Positions 19,325 through 30,039 of a stretch of DNA of 64,000 nt are shown in pieces. The translations under genes were made by a program, and so were the position numbers. How positions within the stretch are numbered: the stretch's first letter is position 1; every line of letters begins with the position of its first letter. The stretch comes from a bacterium (lineage in GTDB: Bacteria; Patescibacteriota; Minisyncoccia; UBA6257; GWB1-50-10), in NCBI GenBank assembly GCA_021814165.1, contig JAKAIX010000002.1, positions 136,501 through 200,500 of the forward strand, read 5' to 3'. A model generated the notes under the pieces. It was not told the origin of the DNA and did not search any database. It saw nothing but the letters and a program-made list of their open reading frames with translations.

Positions 19325-19723
19325 CTACTGGACGTTCAGCACGTCTCTGATGATCGAAACCATGCCCCAACCTATCACGATTATAGCATACCCGATTGCG
19401 GTGTAAAGAATTGTCTTCTTTCCCGTTGCAAAACGTTCCGGATTCCCTCCCGCGAAAATCATCTGGAACGCTCCGATAAGCATCATGCCGACCGCGATGG
19501 GAGTTGCGATTGTAATGAGCCAATCGACGATATTTTTCAGAAGATCTTCAAAAGTCGAAGCGCCGAGCGGATTGGTTAGGGGAGCGGTAGGCTGGATGCA
19601 GTTGGTGGTTATGGTCGCGTCACACACGGTCGTAATCTCTGCTTGAGAAACGTTAGGAGAAAATAAAAAGATTCCCAGGCCAAACAACAAGATGAGCACG
19701 AATAGCGAAAAAAACCTTCTCAT
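19325..19723 (-). CDS. VirB2/TrbC-like pilin
   Basis: LTNPLG...FAGGNPERFATGKKTILYTAIG. Confidence 0.82.
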   Translation of the reverse strand: MRRFFSLFVLILLFGLGIFLFSPNVSQAEITTVCDATITTNCIQPTAPLTNPLGASTFEDLLKNIVDWLITIATPIAVGMMLIGAFQMIFAGGNPERFATGKKTILYTAIGYAIIVIGWGMVSIIRDVLNVQ

Positions 19724-19727
19724 ATTC

Positions 19728-20144
19728 TTATGTTATATTGTAGCATTGAATATCGGCCCACGGAAAGTCAACCTTGCCGGTAATAAGGTGAAGCACGGTA
19801 TTGATGATGAGCCATCCCGCGAGCACGATCACAAGACCTATCACGGCGCTCGTAATGATTCCCTTCCCCTTTCGTACTCGTTCTTCCGACCCGCCCGACA
19901 CCATAAGCATAATCGCTCCGTAGATGGTCATACCAACCGCAAGGATGATCGCGACCTCGGTCATTGTATTGATGATATTAGCCGCCACCTTGACGCCGTC
20001 GCAGAGCGAACACCCCGCAGCGGATTTGTTGCATCCCCCTCCCGACGTTCCTTTCCAGATGTCGATAAGGGCTGCGGAAGAAACGCCGAATGTCATAAAA
20101 AATAGGATCGGAGCGAGGACAAAAGATCTGACTTGCTTTTTCAT
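19728..20144 (-). CDS. VirB2/TrbC-like pilin with a Cys motif
   Basis: C...CSLCD; SGGSEERVRKGKGIITSAVIGL; WLIINT. Confidence 0.82.
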   Translation of the reverse strand: MKKQVRSFVLAPILFFMTFGVSSAALIDIWKGTSGGGCNKSAAGCSLCDGVKVAANIINTMTEVAIILAVGMTIYGAIMLMVSGGSEERVRKGKGIITSAVIGLVIVLAGWLIINTVLHLITGKVDFPWADIQCYNIT

Positions 20145-20145
20145 G

Positions 20146-21453
20146 TTAGTAATTTCGCTGAATGATTTGATTGATGGCATTTTGCGCTGCCACAAGCGCA
20201 TCTAACGGCCTTTCTTTGTCCGACACGACTGCGCGGACCATCTGCGAGAATACCCTTCTCGCGGCATTTTTGTCCCGTTCGTCCCACGATCGCGCGATCA
20301 ATGCCTGCCGGGCGAATACGCTGAGCGTCGGATCGTTTTGATATTGATAAAGAAGCGAATTTAATGCCGGAGGCTTCCCTGTTTGCGCCGGGTAACTGTT
20401 GGCAATAACGGCGTTTGTCGTCATTTGGAGGATAAAATCCCACGCAATCGTCGGATATTTGGTTTGCCGTGAGACAACATACCCCCAGTAATCGGGAAGC
20501 GCGATCGGCGTCACGGCATTTTTCGGCTGGGGCACCGGCGCGATCTCGAAATTCAGATATGCATTCCTTGCCTTGAGTTCTGGAATGGAAGAGGCATAGT
20601 CGAAAATCATGGTAACTTTTCCCTGACCGAATGCATCTCTTGCGTTCTGCATCGAATCGTTCCATGTGTAGGCCCTGGAGTTCGGATCGGCGAACTGCGT
20701 GTAGAACGTGAGCGCCTGAAGCCCGAGTTCTCCCGAAAACGAAGGCGCTCCGCGTTCCCCGATCTTGGATCCGTTTTGGAGCATGAGGAGCGAGAGGAGA
20801 TCCGAGCCGGTAGGAATAGTGTCGTCGGTTCCCCCGATGGCCGCTCCCGCCTGCGTAATCGCGCCTTTTGCATCTTTTGTTACGAGTTTCGGCACCGTAT
20901 TCAAGAAATCTTCCCAGCTCTGCCATGAATTAGGGAGCGGAACCCCCGCACGATCGAAGAGATCTCTGTTATAGATAAGCGCGAGCGTATCGATCGAGAG
21001 TGGCAGTCCGTATATGTTGTTTTGTTGATAGAAATCCTGCGTGACGACTTGTGGGAAAAGTTGTTTCAGTTGGAGCAAAGAAAGGGATGTCTGCGGCACA
21101 GGCATGATCTTGTTAATCTGTCTCGGTACGTCGGTGTTCCGTATCATGAAAATATCGGGGCCGGTCCCCGCCGCGAGCGCGTCAAGCAACGCCGCGTCGT
21201 AATCGGAAGGATTTGAAAATCCGCGGTACGTGATTTTTACATTCGGGTAGATGGTCGCGAAGTTTTGGAGTGCAGCCGAATAAGTTACCTCATTGTCGTA
21301 CACGCCCCACATCGTAAGCGTCGCCTTTGTCTGGTGCGGATCGTTCGTCGTGGTACGGAGCCCGGGGATAACGCCCAATAGTACGAGTACGATCGCAATC
21401 ACGACCGCACCGCCGATAAGGAGAACAACTTTTTGAGAATGAGTTAATGACAT
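20146..21453 (-). CDS. Extracellular solute-binding protein (family 1)
   Basis: N-terminal anchor; motifs LAAGTGPDIF, GLPLSIDTLALIYNRDLF. Confidence 0.88.
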   Translation of the reverse strand: MSLTHSQKVVLLIGGAVVIAIVLVLLGVIPGLRTTTNDPHQTKATLTMWGVYDNEVTYSAALQNFATIYPNVKITYRGFSNPSDYDAALLDALAAGTGPDIFMIRNTDVPRQINKIMPVPQTSLSLLQLKQLFPQVVTQDFYQQNNIYGLPLSIDTLALIYNRDLFDRAGVPLPNSWQSWEDFLNTVPKLVTKDAKGAITQAGAAIGGTDDTIPTGSDLLSLLMLQNGSKIGERGAPSFSGELGLQALTFYTQFADPNSRAYTWNDSMQNARDAFGQGKVTMIFDYASSIPELKARNAYLNFEIAPVPQPKNAVTPIALPDYWGYVVSRQTKYPTIAWDFILQMTTNAVIANSYPAQTGKPPALNSLLYQYQNDPTLSVFARQALIARSWDERDKNAARRVFSQMVRAVVSDKERPLDALVAAQNAINQIIQRNY

Positions 21454-21454
21454 A

Positions 21455-21530
21455 AATTTTCAATTACCAATCAATTTTACAATTTCCAAAAACGTTTATT
21501 GAAAATTGATCATTGAAACTTGGAAATTCG
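21455..21530. repeat. AATTTTC/TTGAAAA heptamer inverted-repeat element
   Basis: aattttcaattaccaatcaatttt...attgaaaattgatcattgaaacttggaaatt; related to 29945-30031. Confidence 0.7.
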
Positions 21531-24029
21531 TTAGAGACATACGATTCCCACCAACGTATCCCCCTTCTCGAGATTCATGATTTTCACCCCTTGTGTTGCG
21601 CGGCTCAAGATTCGTATATCCTTCAGGTTTGCGCGGAGTGCCTGGCCTTTTGAGGAGAATGCGAGCACCCCCTCCACTTCCTCGTCCACGATATGCGCCC
21701 CGATCACGGGGCCTGTCTTTGCGGTAATCTTTGCGGTTTTGATTCCCGATCCGCCCCGGCGCTGAAGTTTGTACTCTTTTATGGAAGTTTGTTTCGCAAA
21801 TCCGTTCGCCATTACCGCGAGCACCCGGAGTGAGATTTTGCTCCCCTTCTCCAAATCCTCTTTTCTTATTATATCAAGTCCGCTCACCGCATCTTGTTTC
21901 TTGAGGTTCAGCGCTCGCACTCCCGCCGCACTCCTTCCCATGCTCCGCACGTCTTTTTCTTTAAAACGGATCGCCTGTCCCATCGCCGTAACGAGTACGA
22001 TTTGATCATCGCCGCTTGAAAGGCGCACCCACTCCAAGAGATCTCCGCCTTGGAGTCTAACCGCGATGATGCCGGTCCTCCGCACGTTCCCGAAATCCTC
22101 GAGCGGCGTGCGTTTAATGATGCCTTGTCGCGTCGTCATGACGAGAAAGTGTTTGGCGTGTTCCGCCTTGTCTTCGATGTAGTGCTGGGGGTAGGTGACA
22201 ACCGCGCTCACCTTCTCGTTTGTGGGAATATCGAGAAAGTTATAGACCGACTTTCCCTTTGCGGTGCGACTTGCAACGGGAACCTCATACACTTTTGTTT
22301 GAAACACCCGCCCCTTCGTTGTGAAGAAAAGGATATTATCGTGAGTGTCCGCCGAAAGCAGTTCGTAAATCTGATCCTCCTCCTTCAAGTCAAAGCCGAT
22401 AAGCCCCTTTCCCCCGCGCTTCTGCACGCGGAACGTTCCCGGCGGCATGCGTTTGATGTAGCCGTCTTCGGTAAGAGTGATAAGCGCCTCTTCCTTGGGA
22501 ATCAGATCCTCTTCTTTAAATTCCTTGAGTCCGCCCGCGATAATGCCCGTGCGTCTCGGGTCGGGAAATCCTTTCTTCAGCTCTTCGAGGTCGCGCTTAA
22601 TTATACCGAGAATTCGTTTCGGTTCTTTAAGAATGAGTTTCAATTCCGCAATAAGTTTTTTCTTCTCCTTGAGCTCGTCCTCGAGCCTCTGCCGCTCGAG
22701 CGCCGCCAGGCTCTGGAGTTTCATCTCGAGGATCGCGTCCGCTTGAATGGGGGTAAGCTTAAAATTCTTTACCAGGTTTTCCCGGGCATTTTCTTTGTCC
22801 TTCGATTTTTTGATCGTGGCGATGATCTTATCGATTACGCCCAAGGCCTTCACAAGGCCTTCCAGAATGTGTGCCCGCTCCTCCGCCTTCCTCAGTTCAA
22901 ATTCCGTGCGGCGGCGGATCACGATCTTTCTATGGTCGAGATATGCGCTCAAAATATCTTTTAAGGAAAGAATCTCGGGTTTCAAGCCGTTCGTCAGAGC
23001 GAGCATATTGTAATGGAAATTCTTCTGAAGCTCTGTATATTCGAAAAGCTGGTTCAATATACGCTGTGCTCGCACGTCGTTTTTGAGTTCAATAACAATC
23101 CTCAATCCTTCTCGGTCCGATTCGTCCCGCACATCCTTGATCCCCTCGATTTTCTTTTCCTGCACGAGTTCCGCAATTTTCGTGATTAAGGTCGACTTAT
23201 TCACCTGATACGGGATCTCGGAGACGACGATCTGGAAACTTCCGTTCTTGCGCTCTTCTATCTCGGTTTTCCCTCTGGTGGTAATGGATCCCTTCCCTGT
23301 CGCGTAGGCCTCCTCAAGCGCGCGGCGGTCGTACACAATGCCGCCCGTCGGGAAGTCGGGTCCTTTCACAAACTGCATAAGTTCTTTTACGTCGCTCCCC
23401 GGGTGATCCGCGAGGTGAATGGTCGCATCGGCGATCTCGACGAGATTGTGCGGCGGAATGGAGGTTGTCATGCCGACCGCGATGCCTACCGCTCCGTTCA
23501 AGAGGAGATTTGGAAGTTTTGCCGGAAGGAATCCCGGCTCCTCGCGCGTCGCGTCATAGTTCGGTACCCACTCGACGGTTTCTTTTTCGATATCCGTGAG
23601 AAGTTCCTCGGAAATTTTCGAGAGGCGCGCTTCCGTGTATCGCATCGCTGCGGGGGAATCGCCGTCGATCGATCCCCAGTTCCCTTGCCCGTCGATCAGT
23701 GTGTAGCGAAGCGAGAAATCCTGCGCCATGCGCGCCATCGCGTCATAGACCGCCATATCGCCGTGCGGGTGATAGCGGCCGAGCACCTCCCCTACCACGT
23801 TCGCCGATTTTTTGAATTTCGCGCCGTGCGTAAGACCGGAGTCCCACATCGCCCACAAAATTCTCCGTTGCACGGGCTTCAATCCGTCCCGTACGTCGGG
23901 AAGCGCCCGCGAAACGATCACCGACATCGCGTAGTCGAGATATGATTCGCGGAGTTCTTCGGTAATCTCGCGCGGTTCAATGCGCTGATTCGGGGTATTG
24001 GGCTCTTCGTGTTGTTTGTTATGTGGCAT
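21531..24029 (-). CDS. gyrA: DNA gyrase subunit A
   Basis: Motifs YHPHGD, AAMRYTE, and the GyrA box QKRGGKG. Confidence 0.97.
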   Translation of the reverse strand: MPHNKQHEEPNTPNQRIEPREITEELRESYLDYAMSVIVSRALPDVRDGLKPVQRRILWAMWDSGLTHGAKFKKSANVVGEVLGRYHPHGDMAVYDAMARMAQDFSLRYTLIDGQGNWGSIDGDSPAAMRYTEARLSKISEELLTDIEKETVEWVPNYDATREEPGFLPAKLPNLLLNGAVGIAVGMTTSIPPHNLVEIADATIHLADHPGSDVKELMQFVKGPDFPTGGIVYDRRALEEAYATGKGSITTRGKTEIEERKNGSFQIVVSEIPYQVNKSTLITKIAELVQEKKIEGIKDVRDESDREGLRIVIELKNDVRAQRILNQLFEYTELQKNFHYNMLALTNGLKPEILSLKDILSAYLDHRKIVIRRRTEFELRKAEERAHILEGLVKALGVIDKIIATIKKSKDKENARENLVKNFKLTPIQADAILEMKLQSLAALERQRLEDELKEKKKLIAELKLILKEPKRILGIIKRDLEELKKGFPDPRRTGIIAGGLKEFKEEDLIPKEEALITLTEDGYIKRMPPGTFRVQKRGGKGLIGFDLKEEDQIYELLSADTHDNILFFTTKGRVFQTKVYEVPVASRTAKGKSVYNFLDIPTNEKVSAVVTYPQHYIEDKAEHAKHFLVMTTRQGIIKRTPLEDFGNVRRTGIIAVRLQGGDLLEWVRLSSGDDQIVLVTAMGQAIRFKEKDVRSMGRSAAGVRALNLKKQDAVSGLDIIRKEDLEKGSKISLRVLAVMANGFAKQTSIKEYKLQRRGGSGIKTAKITAKTGPVIGAHIVDEEVEGVLAFSSKGQALRANLKDIRILSRATQGVKIMNLEKGDTLVGIVCL

Positions 24030-24059
24030 AGTGTGTCGTTTCGATTGTAACACTCGTCT

Positions 24060-24524
24060 CTATGGTTGGGGAAGCGGCGTAGGTGGAACCGGGTCCGGCG
24101 TGGTCGTACTTTCAACCTGAGGTGTATTCTGTTTTTCGAGTTTATACGAGTTTGTTTTTGAGAATGCACCGATCCCCGTGTCCCATAATTCAACAGCCGA
24201 CGTTTCTATCGTGTGAAGGCCGCTTTTTGCTTCATTCCTCAAAACATGAAGCCCGCGCCAGAGCGTATCGAAGAATGAGGTACCGGGAGTATTCACTGCC
24301 GGCTCCGGTGCTTGTGCCTTTGCGGTTTCTTGGACTGGCATCGCCGTTTCTGCGACGCCGCCGGACGAAGGAAACGCTATGTTGAGATATATAATCCAGA
24401 GCGCCACAACAAGAATCATGGAAATACCCGAGAGACCTATGAGCCACCGCCTTCTTGTCGCGAGGTTGGCATTTTGAAGCCCGGCGACGAAGCGTTGAAT
24501 CTTGTGCAGGAACCCCCGCATCAT
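24060..24524 (-). CDS. Hypothetical single-pass membrane protein
   Basis: 154 aa with one TM helix; tight operon spacing. Confidence 0.65.
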   Translation of the reverse strand: MMRGFLHKIQRFVAGLQNANLATRRRWLIGLSGISMILVVALWIIYLNIAFPSSGGVAETAMPVQETAKAQAPEPAVNTPGTSFFDTLWRGLHVLRNEAKSGLHTIETSAVELWDTGIGAFSKTNSYKLEKQNTPQVESTTTPDPVPPTPLPQP

Positions 24525-24526
24525 AG

Positions 24527-25105
24527 TTATGATTTTTTAGGCACGAGAGGGTGGATGGCCATCGCCTTGGCCGAGAGGTCCTTTTTCTTAAACACGAACT
24601 TTTCTTCCGATGCCGCTTTTTCTTGGCCGAACTCCTTCAGGAACGCTTTGTAATGCTCTCCGAGCGAAGGAATGATGACGCTCGGTTCGAGTTGGCGTGC
24701 GAGTTTTGCGGCGGCCTCGATCGGGAGAAATGGTTTGCCGCTCCCCGGAAGCAATAACACGTCGCATTCCTGGAGCAATTCCTGGACCTTCGATTCCGGT
24801 TCTTTCGCTGAGTAGCCGAGGACGCCGAAGATCACGTCGTCAAACACGATTCGGTACGCGGTTTTTTCTCCTCCTCCTTTTTCTTCCAGAGAAACCCCCG
24901 TGATGTGGATTCCTTGCGCTTCATACTCCCCCTGGTGATCAATCCAAAACCCCCCCTCTTCCGAAGGCTGGGTTCCCGCGGGGCGGACGGTGTTTATAAT
25001 CGCGGTAGCCCCCTTGAATGAACGCTGGTTCGTAGGATCGATGAGTACGGTAAACTGTCCCGACTGCAGCTTGAAGTAGTCGTCTCCCTGATAGGTGATG
25101 ATCAT
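24527..25105 (-). CDS. MBL-fold metallo-hydrolase-like protein (degenerate)
   Basis: Motifs MIITYQG...FKLQSG, GEYE..GI, QLEPSVIIP; the metal-binding His motif is not evident. Confidence 0.75.
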   Translation of the reverse strand: MIITYQGDDYFKLQSGQFTVLIDPTNQRSFKGATAIINTVRPAGTQPSEEGGFWIDHQGEYEAQGIHITGVSLEEKGGGEKTAYRIVFDDVIFGVLGYSAKEPESKVQELLQECDVLLLPGSGKPFLPIEAAAKLARQLEPSVIIPSLGEHYKAFLKEFGQEKAASEEKFVFKKKDLSAKAMAIHPLVPKKS

Positions 25106-25184
25106 TACCTACTATTATATGTCTCCGAGTTATTCTTTTCAATGAAATTACCCGCTTTCGGATGGAAATCGTATGTCTCTAAAA

Positions 25185-25290
25185 CGAAATCCAATGGCAG
25201 AAATTCTAAATTCAAAACACGCGTTTCAGTCATTATGATTTCGTATTTTGGCCATTATTTAGGATTTAGGGATTAGATATTAGAATTTCG
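25185..25290. repeat. Heptamer-based element, inverted copy of 6676-6781
   Basis: Its reverse complement aligns over about 105 bp with 6676-6781. Confidence 0.8.
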
Positions 25291-25327
25291 TTCGTCGTTT
25301 GGTCGGCTTGCATTCAGACCTTAAGCC

Positions 25328-26443
25328 GTGGTATCCTCCTCACGTGTTATGCAGAATATAAAGCCGGGAAATATGGCGGTGATAAGCCAGCTCCTTAAGG
25401 ACGAACCCTCTCTTTTCGCCACATTAAAAGTAGGTGATTTGGTACAGGGTACGGTACTCGAAAAGAGCTCGAAGATGCTCCTGGTTGATCTTGGAAAGCA
25501 CGGTACGGGAGCGGTATATCGCGGGGAACTCCAGAATGCGAGGGAACTGGTACGCGGACTTAAAGCCGGCGACCCCGTTCACGCAAAAGTGATTGATATC
25601 GATAATGATGAGGGATACATAGAACTCTCTCTTTCGGAAGCGGATAAGCAGCGAGCGTGGGCCGAAGTACAAGAACTTAAGGAAAAAGAAGAGGTACTGA
25701 AGCTTAAGATAAGCGGCTTCAATAAAGGAGGACTTATGGCGGATGTCCGCGGACTCCCCGGATTTCTTCCGGTATCGCAACTTTCGAACGAGCATTATCC
25801 GAAGGTGGGCGTCGATGAGAAAGGGAAAATTCTCCAAGCGCTCCAGATGCTCGTGGGACAAGAACTCGAAGTGAAGATTATCGACGTAAACCCGAGAACG
25901 AACAAGCTCATCGTCTCCGAGAAGGCGGCGCAGGAGTTGAGCGCGAAAGAGCTCGCGGAGCACTACAGCGTAGGACAGATAATCGAAGGGGTGGTTTCCG
26001 GCGTCGCCGACTTCGGTGCATTTATACGATTTACCGACAACCCCGTTGTTGAAGGATTTATTCATGTGTCGGAGATCGATTATCGTATCATCGACAACCC
26101 GAAGGAAGTGTTGAAGATTGATGACGTGATAAAGGCGCAGATCGTCGATATTAAGAACGGCCGAATTTCTCTTTCTTTGAAAGTGCTGAAGGAAAACCCT
26201 TGGGAGAACGCGGACAAGTTTTTCAAGGAGGGCGATGAAGTAAAGGGAGTGGTATATGCGTTCACGCAGTTCGGCGCGCTCGTAAACCTCGATCATGACC
26301 TGCAGGGCCAGGTGCATGTGACGGACTTCGGAGGCATTCCGGAGATGAAAAAAGAACTCGTATCGGGAGAATCAAGGGCATTTATCGTCCAGTCGGTGAA
26401 AGCAGAAGAGAAAAGAATCACGTTGAAGCTGAAAAAAGAGTAG
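25328..26443 (+). CDS. rpsA: 30S ribosomal protein S1 (four S1 domains)
   Basis: Motifs NKGGL...GFLPVSQL, DFGAF...EGFIHVSEI. Confidence 0.9.
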   Translation: MVSSSRVMQNIKPGNMAVISQLLKDEPSLFATLKVGDLVQGTVLEKSSKMLLVDLGKHGTGAVYRGELQNARELVRGLKAGDPVHAKVIDIDNDEGYIELSLSEADKQRAWAEVQELKEKEEVLKLKISGFNKGGLMADVRGLPGFLPVSQLSNEHYPKVGVDEKGKILQALQMLVGQELEVKIIDVNPRTNKLIVSEKAAQELSAKELAEHYSVGQIIEGVVSGVADFGAFIRFTDNPVVEGFIHVSEIDYRIIDNPKEVLKIDDVIKAQIVDIKNGRISLSLKVLKENPWENADKFFKEGDEVKGVVYAFTQFGALVNLDHDLQGQVHVTDFGGIPEMKKELVSGESRAFIVQSVKAEEKRITLKLKKE

Positions 26444-26509
26444 TATTCCGGTTGGTTCCGCCCGGAAGGGCGGTTTTCTTTTGCTTCAGAATTCAGATTG
26501 CGCTAGAAT

Positions 26510-28369
26510 GTGGTGTATTTGAAAACTATGGGAAAATTCGGAAAAAGTTTTTTAGGGATAGTAACGTTTCTTGTATTCATTGCGTTCGTGTTTTCGCTTC
26601 TGCTCGTGCCCTCGGGGGATTCCAATACCGTCTCCATCGGCGTCTTGGCGCAGAAGGTTGAAAGCGGCGCGGTAAAATCCATTGCGGTAAACGGTGATAC
26701 GTTAAACATAGAACTCGCGGATGGCACGAAGGCGGTATCGAAGAAAGAAACGGAGACCGGGGTCATAGAGACGCTCAAGAACTACGGCGTTTCGCCGGAG
26801 GCGCTCCAGAAAGTGGATGTGAGCGTCATGGATGAGAGCGGCGTACGCTACTGGGCCGGCATTCTGGTTCCGACGGTACTCCCCATTCTTGTTATGGTTT
26901 TGATCTTCTGGTGGATTTTCAAACAGGCAAAAACCGGAGCAAACCAGGCGTTCACGTTCGGGAAGGTGAACATAAAGCTTTTCTCGTCGAACCGCGATAA
27001 AGTGACGTTTAAAGACGTCGCGGGGCTCAAGGAGACGAAGGAAGAGCTCGAAGAAGTCGTCGATTTTTTGAAACATCCGAAGAAATTTTTGGATATCGGC
27101 GCTCGCATTCCCCGCGGCGTGCTTCTTATGGGTGCACCCGGTACGGGAAAGACGCTTCTCGCGCGCGCGACTGCGGGTGAGTCGAATGTTCCTTTTTTTC
27201 ATCTTTCGGCGTCCGAGTTTGTCGAAATGTTCGTGGGGGTTGGCGCTTCAAGAGTGAGAGATCTGTTCCAAACGGCGAAGCGCGCCGCCCCCTCGATCAT
27301 TTTTATCGATGAAATTGACGCGGTGGGACGGGAGCGCGGCGCGGGCTTGGGAGGAGGACACGACGAGCGCGAACAGACCCTGAATCAGATTCTGGTTGAA
27401 ATGGATGGCTTCGAGCGCGACTCGAACGTGATTGTGATGGCGGCGACCAACCGGCCCGACATCCTCGACCCGGCGCTTCTTCGTCCCGGGCGTTTCGACC
27501 GCCGCGTGGTGCTTGATATTCCCGATATAAAGGACAGGGAAGAAATTCTGAAAATCCACGCGAAAGGGAAACCGCTCGAGAAAAACGTTGACTTAAGGAT
27601 CATCGCCGTCCGCACCCCCGGATTCGCAGGCGCGGATCTCGCGAACCTCATGAATGAGGCGGCGATTCTTGCGGCGCGAAACAATAAAAAAGAGATATCT
27701 CAGCTCGATTTTATCAATTCGATTGAAAAAGTAATGCTTGGTCCCGCGCGGAAAAGCCGTACCATTTCCGACAACGAGAAGAAGATCACCGCATACCACG
27801 AAGCGGGTCACGCGTTGGTCGCCGCATCGTTGAAAGGAGCCGATCCGGTACACAAGGTTTCGATCGTGAGCCGCGGTATGGCGGGAGGGTATACTTTGAA
27901 ACTTCCGATCGAAGAGCGGCACCTGAAAACGAAGACGGAGTTTTTGGCGGATCTCGCGGTTTCGTTCGGCGGATTTATTTCCGAATCGGTGGTGTTTAAG
28001 GACGTGAGCACCGGCTCGTCGAACGATTTAAGACAAGCAACCGACATGGCGCATCGGCTCGTGACTGAATACGGGATGAGCGAGAAGCTCGGACCGAGGA
28101 CATTCGGAAAAACGCAGGATCTTATTTTCCTTGGAAGAGAACTTTCTTCCGCGAAGGATTATTCCGAGGCGACAAGTGGCGTGATCGACGACGAAGTGAA
28201 TCTCTTTATTAAGAAAGCGTTCGATGCCGCAAAGAAGATCATCACAGGCCACCGGAACGTGCTCGATAAAATTGCGCACGTCCTCATGGAAAAGGAAACG
28301 CTCGAGCAGGACGAGTTCAATGCAATCATAAAGGGCTTCAACTTGAAACAAGTGGTACTGAAGGCGTAA
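26510..28369 (+). CDS. ftsH: ATP-dependent zinc metalloprotease FtsH
   Basis: Motifs [28 protein letters not shown]. Confidence 0.98.
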   Translation: MVYLKTMGKFGKSFLGIVTFLVFIAFVFSLLLVPSGDSNTVSIGVLAQKVESGAVKSIAVNGDTLNIELADGTKAVSKKETETGVIETLKNYGVSPEALQKVDVSVMDESGVRYWAGILVPTVLPILVMVLIFWWIFKQAKTGANQAFTFGKVNIKLFSSNRDKVTFKDVAGLKETKEELEEVVDFLKHPKKFLDIGARIPRGVLLMGAPGTGKTLLARATAGESNVPFFHLSASEFVEMFVGVGASRVRDLFQTAKRAAPSIIFIDEIDAVGRERGAGLGGGHDEREQTLNQILVEMDGFERDSNVIVMAATNRPDILDPALLRPGRFDRRVVLDIPDIKDREEILKIHAKGKPLEKNVDLRIIAVRTPGFAGADLANLMNEAAILAARNNKKEISQLDFINSIEKVMLGPARKSRTISDNEKKITAYHEAGHALVAASLKGADPVHKVSIVSRGMAGGYTLKLPIEERHLKTKTEFLADLAVSFGGFISESVVFKDVSTGSSNDLRQATDMAHRLVTEYGMSEKLGPRTFGKTQDLIFLGRELSSAKDYSEATSGVIDDEVNLFIKKAFDAAKKIITGHRNVLDKIAHVLMEKETLEQDEFNAIIKGFNLKQVVLKA

Positions 28370-28380
28370 AGTAATTCCGT

Positions 28381-28452
28381 GGGCATATAGCTCAATGGTA
28401 GAGCAGTCGTCTTATACACGACCGGTTCCAGGTTCGAGTCCTGGTGTGCCCA
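28381..28452 (+). tRNA. tRNA-Ile (UAU anticodon)
   Basis: Acceptor stem gggcata/tgtgccc; anticodon arm gtcgt-ctTATac-acgac; T arm ccagg-ttcgagt-cctgg; CCA not encoded. Confidence 0.88.
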
Positions 28453-28459
28453 CAAGCAT

Positions 28460-28531
28460 GCGCGCTTAGCTCAGTGGTAGAGCGACTCGTTTACACCGAG
28501 TAGGTCGGGGGTTCAATCCCCTCAGCGCGCA
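28460..28531 (+). tRNA. tRNA-Val (UAC)
   Basis: Acceptor stem gcgcgct/agcgcgc; anticodon arm actcg-ttTACac-cgagt; CCA not encoded. Confidence 0.95.
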
Positions 28532-28566
28532 CAAAATAAAAGAAGATGGTAAAAAATAACCATCTT

Positions 28567-29328
28567 CTAAGGATGTTTCACTACCTCGAATCTCTCGAGG
28601 TATTCGTCGTATGACGCAAGGGCCGTGCCAGCATAGGTACTGGTTTGGTGTGGTATTATCCTCATCTTCATTGCTTCCTTAAAACCGAAAGACAAGAAGA
28701 ATTGTTGTAATACCTGCTCGTGAACAAATGCCCCGCTCACACCACTCTCCAGGATCTCGTCTAACGAAGTTACTACCGTTATGGATTCGTTAGATAAATT
28801 TCCGAATTTTTTCTGGAGCCCGACGAGCGTCTTCCACTCATCCTCCTTGAGCGCCGTGGTCCAGTAACACGAAAGAGTTGAAAAGCCCTCTCTTGTGTTT
28901 TTTTGGTCCGCAGCATCCAGGGCTCTTTTTGTGATGAAATTAATCCACGTCCCGAATGGAGCGCATCTGGAGGTAAGTATATTTTTTATCTCCATCAGCG
29001 CACTTTCGTCATCTGTTGAAGGAACTACCCCGGTCGTCGGCACACTATAGAAGTTTCCCTCTGGCTGTAAACCGAGAAGACGAAGCTCCAGGGTCGAGGC
29101 AGTTGTTTTTCCAAATGATAATTCTTCTCCCACCTCCCGTTTGTAGGTGGCAAGAGGATTAAGATCATTCTTCGCCTGCTCCCCGATCCAGTTCCCGCCG
29201 ATACAACAAAGACCTCGGCGATAGAGTTTTATCGGATGACCGTCATCTTTCATCTCGATAAATATCTCTCGCGGATTTTCGGCTCGGAATATTATCCCGA
29301 CGCCGGAAATATTCGTTATCTTTTCCAA
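28567..29328 (-). CDS. Divergent Nudix-fold hydrolase-like protein
   Basis: IGG...D.NPLATYKREVGEEL resembles a Nudix box. Confidence 0.55.
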   Translation of the reverse strand: MEKITNISGVGIIFRAENPREIFIEMKDDGHPIKLYRRGLCCIGGNWIGEQAKNDLNPLATYKREVGEELSFGKTTASTLELRLLGLQPEGNFYSVPTTGVVPSTDDESALMEIKNILTSRCAPFGTWINFITKRALDAADQKNTREGFSTLSCYWTTALKEDEWKTLVGLQKKFGNLSNESITVVTSLDEILESGVSGAFVHEQVLQQFFLSFGFKEAMKMRIIPHQTSTYAGTALASYDEYLERFEVVKHP

Positions 29329-29440
29329 TATTTACCCCTTTTCAATTTGCAGATAAATTATACAGCAAAATTATGTTTTTGTCAATTATCCGGACTTGGT
29401 AGATTGACAAACAAAGACCTCGCGACCTATGTTGGTACAT

Positions 29441-29944
29441 ATGCCGTTTACGTTTAATACTTCTTACGGTCTGCAGATTAACGTGCACCAGGTGGTGGAC
29501 GAAATCGTCGGGTTTATTAAAAGCAAACCAAACGCGGAGTATAAGGTTATTATTGGAAGCGATTCACTGCACCTCGAAGACAAGAGCGCCGACTTCGTGA
29601 CTGCTATCGTAGTGCACCGCGTGGGGAACGGCGGCCGGTATTTCTATCGCCGCGCGAAGATGGGGAAATTTTATAATCTTCACGATCGCATCATCCAGGA
29701 GGTGCTCCTCTCGCTTGATGTGGCGAACGTATTCATTACGGAAATGAAAGAGGTGACGAAGCAGATGGCCGAAGAAGGGATCGCGGCGAAGTGGGATTTT
29801 GAGATTCATGTGGATGTCGGGGATCGCGGCCCCACCAAGGCGCTCATTCAGGAGGTGGTGGGAATGGTGCGCGCACACAACTTCGAACCGAAGACGAAAC
29901 CCGAGAGTTATGCCGCCTCGAAGGTGGCGGATAAATATGTGTAA
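29441..29944 (+). CDS. RNase H-like YkuK family protein
   Basis: Motifs IGSDS, TAIVVHRVGNGG, EIHVDVG..G.T, KPESYAASKVAD. Confidence 0.88.
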   Translation: MPFTFNTSYGLQINVHQVVDEIVGFIKSKPNAEYKVIIGSDSLHLEDKSADFVTAIVVHRVGNGGRYFYRRAKMGKFYNLHDRIIQEVLLSLDVANVFITEMKEVTKQMAEEGIAAKWDFEIHVDVGDRGPTKALIQEVVGMVRAHNFEPKTKPESYAASKVADKYV

Positions 29945-30031
29945 TTAATTATCAATTTCCAATTTTCAGTGAATTTCAAAATTTTAGAATTGAAAAATTA
30001 ATTGAACATTGATCATTGGAAATTGAAAATT
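29945..30031. repeat. AATTTTC/TTGAAAA heptamer inverted-repeat element
   Basis: aattatcaatttccaattttcag...attgatcattggaaattgaaaatt. Confidence 0.7.
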
Positions 30032-30039
30032 CTGCTAGT

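Noticed and set aside
18918-19523. 201-aa version of the pilin ORF
   Set aside because: The extension overlaps the upstream pilin in another frame; the signal peptide starts at ATG 19292.
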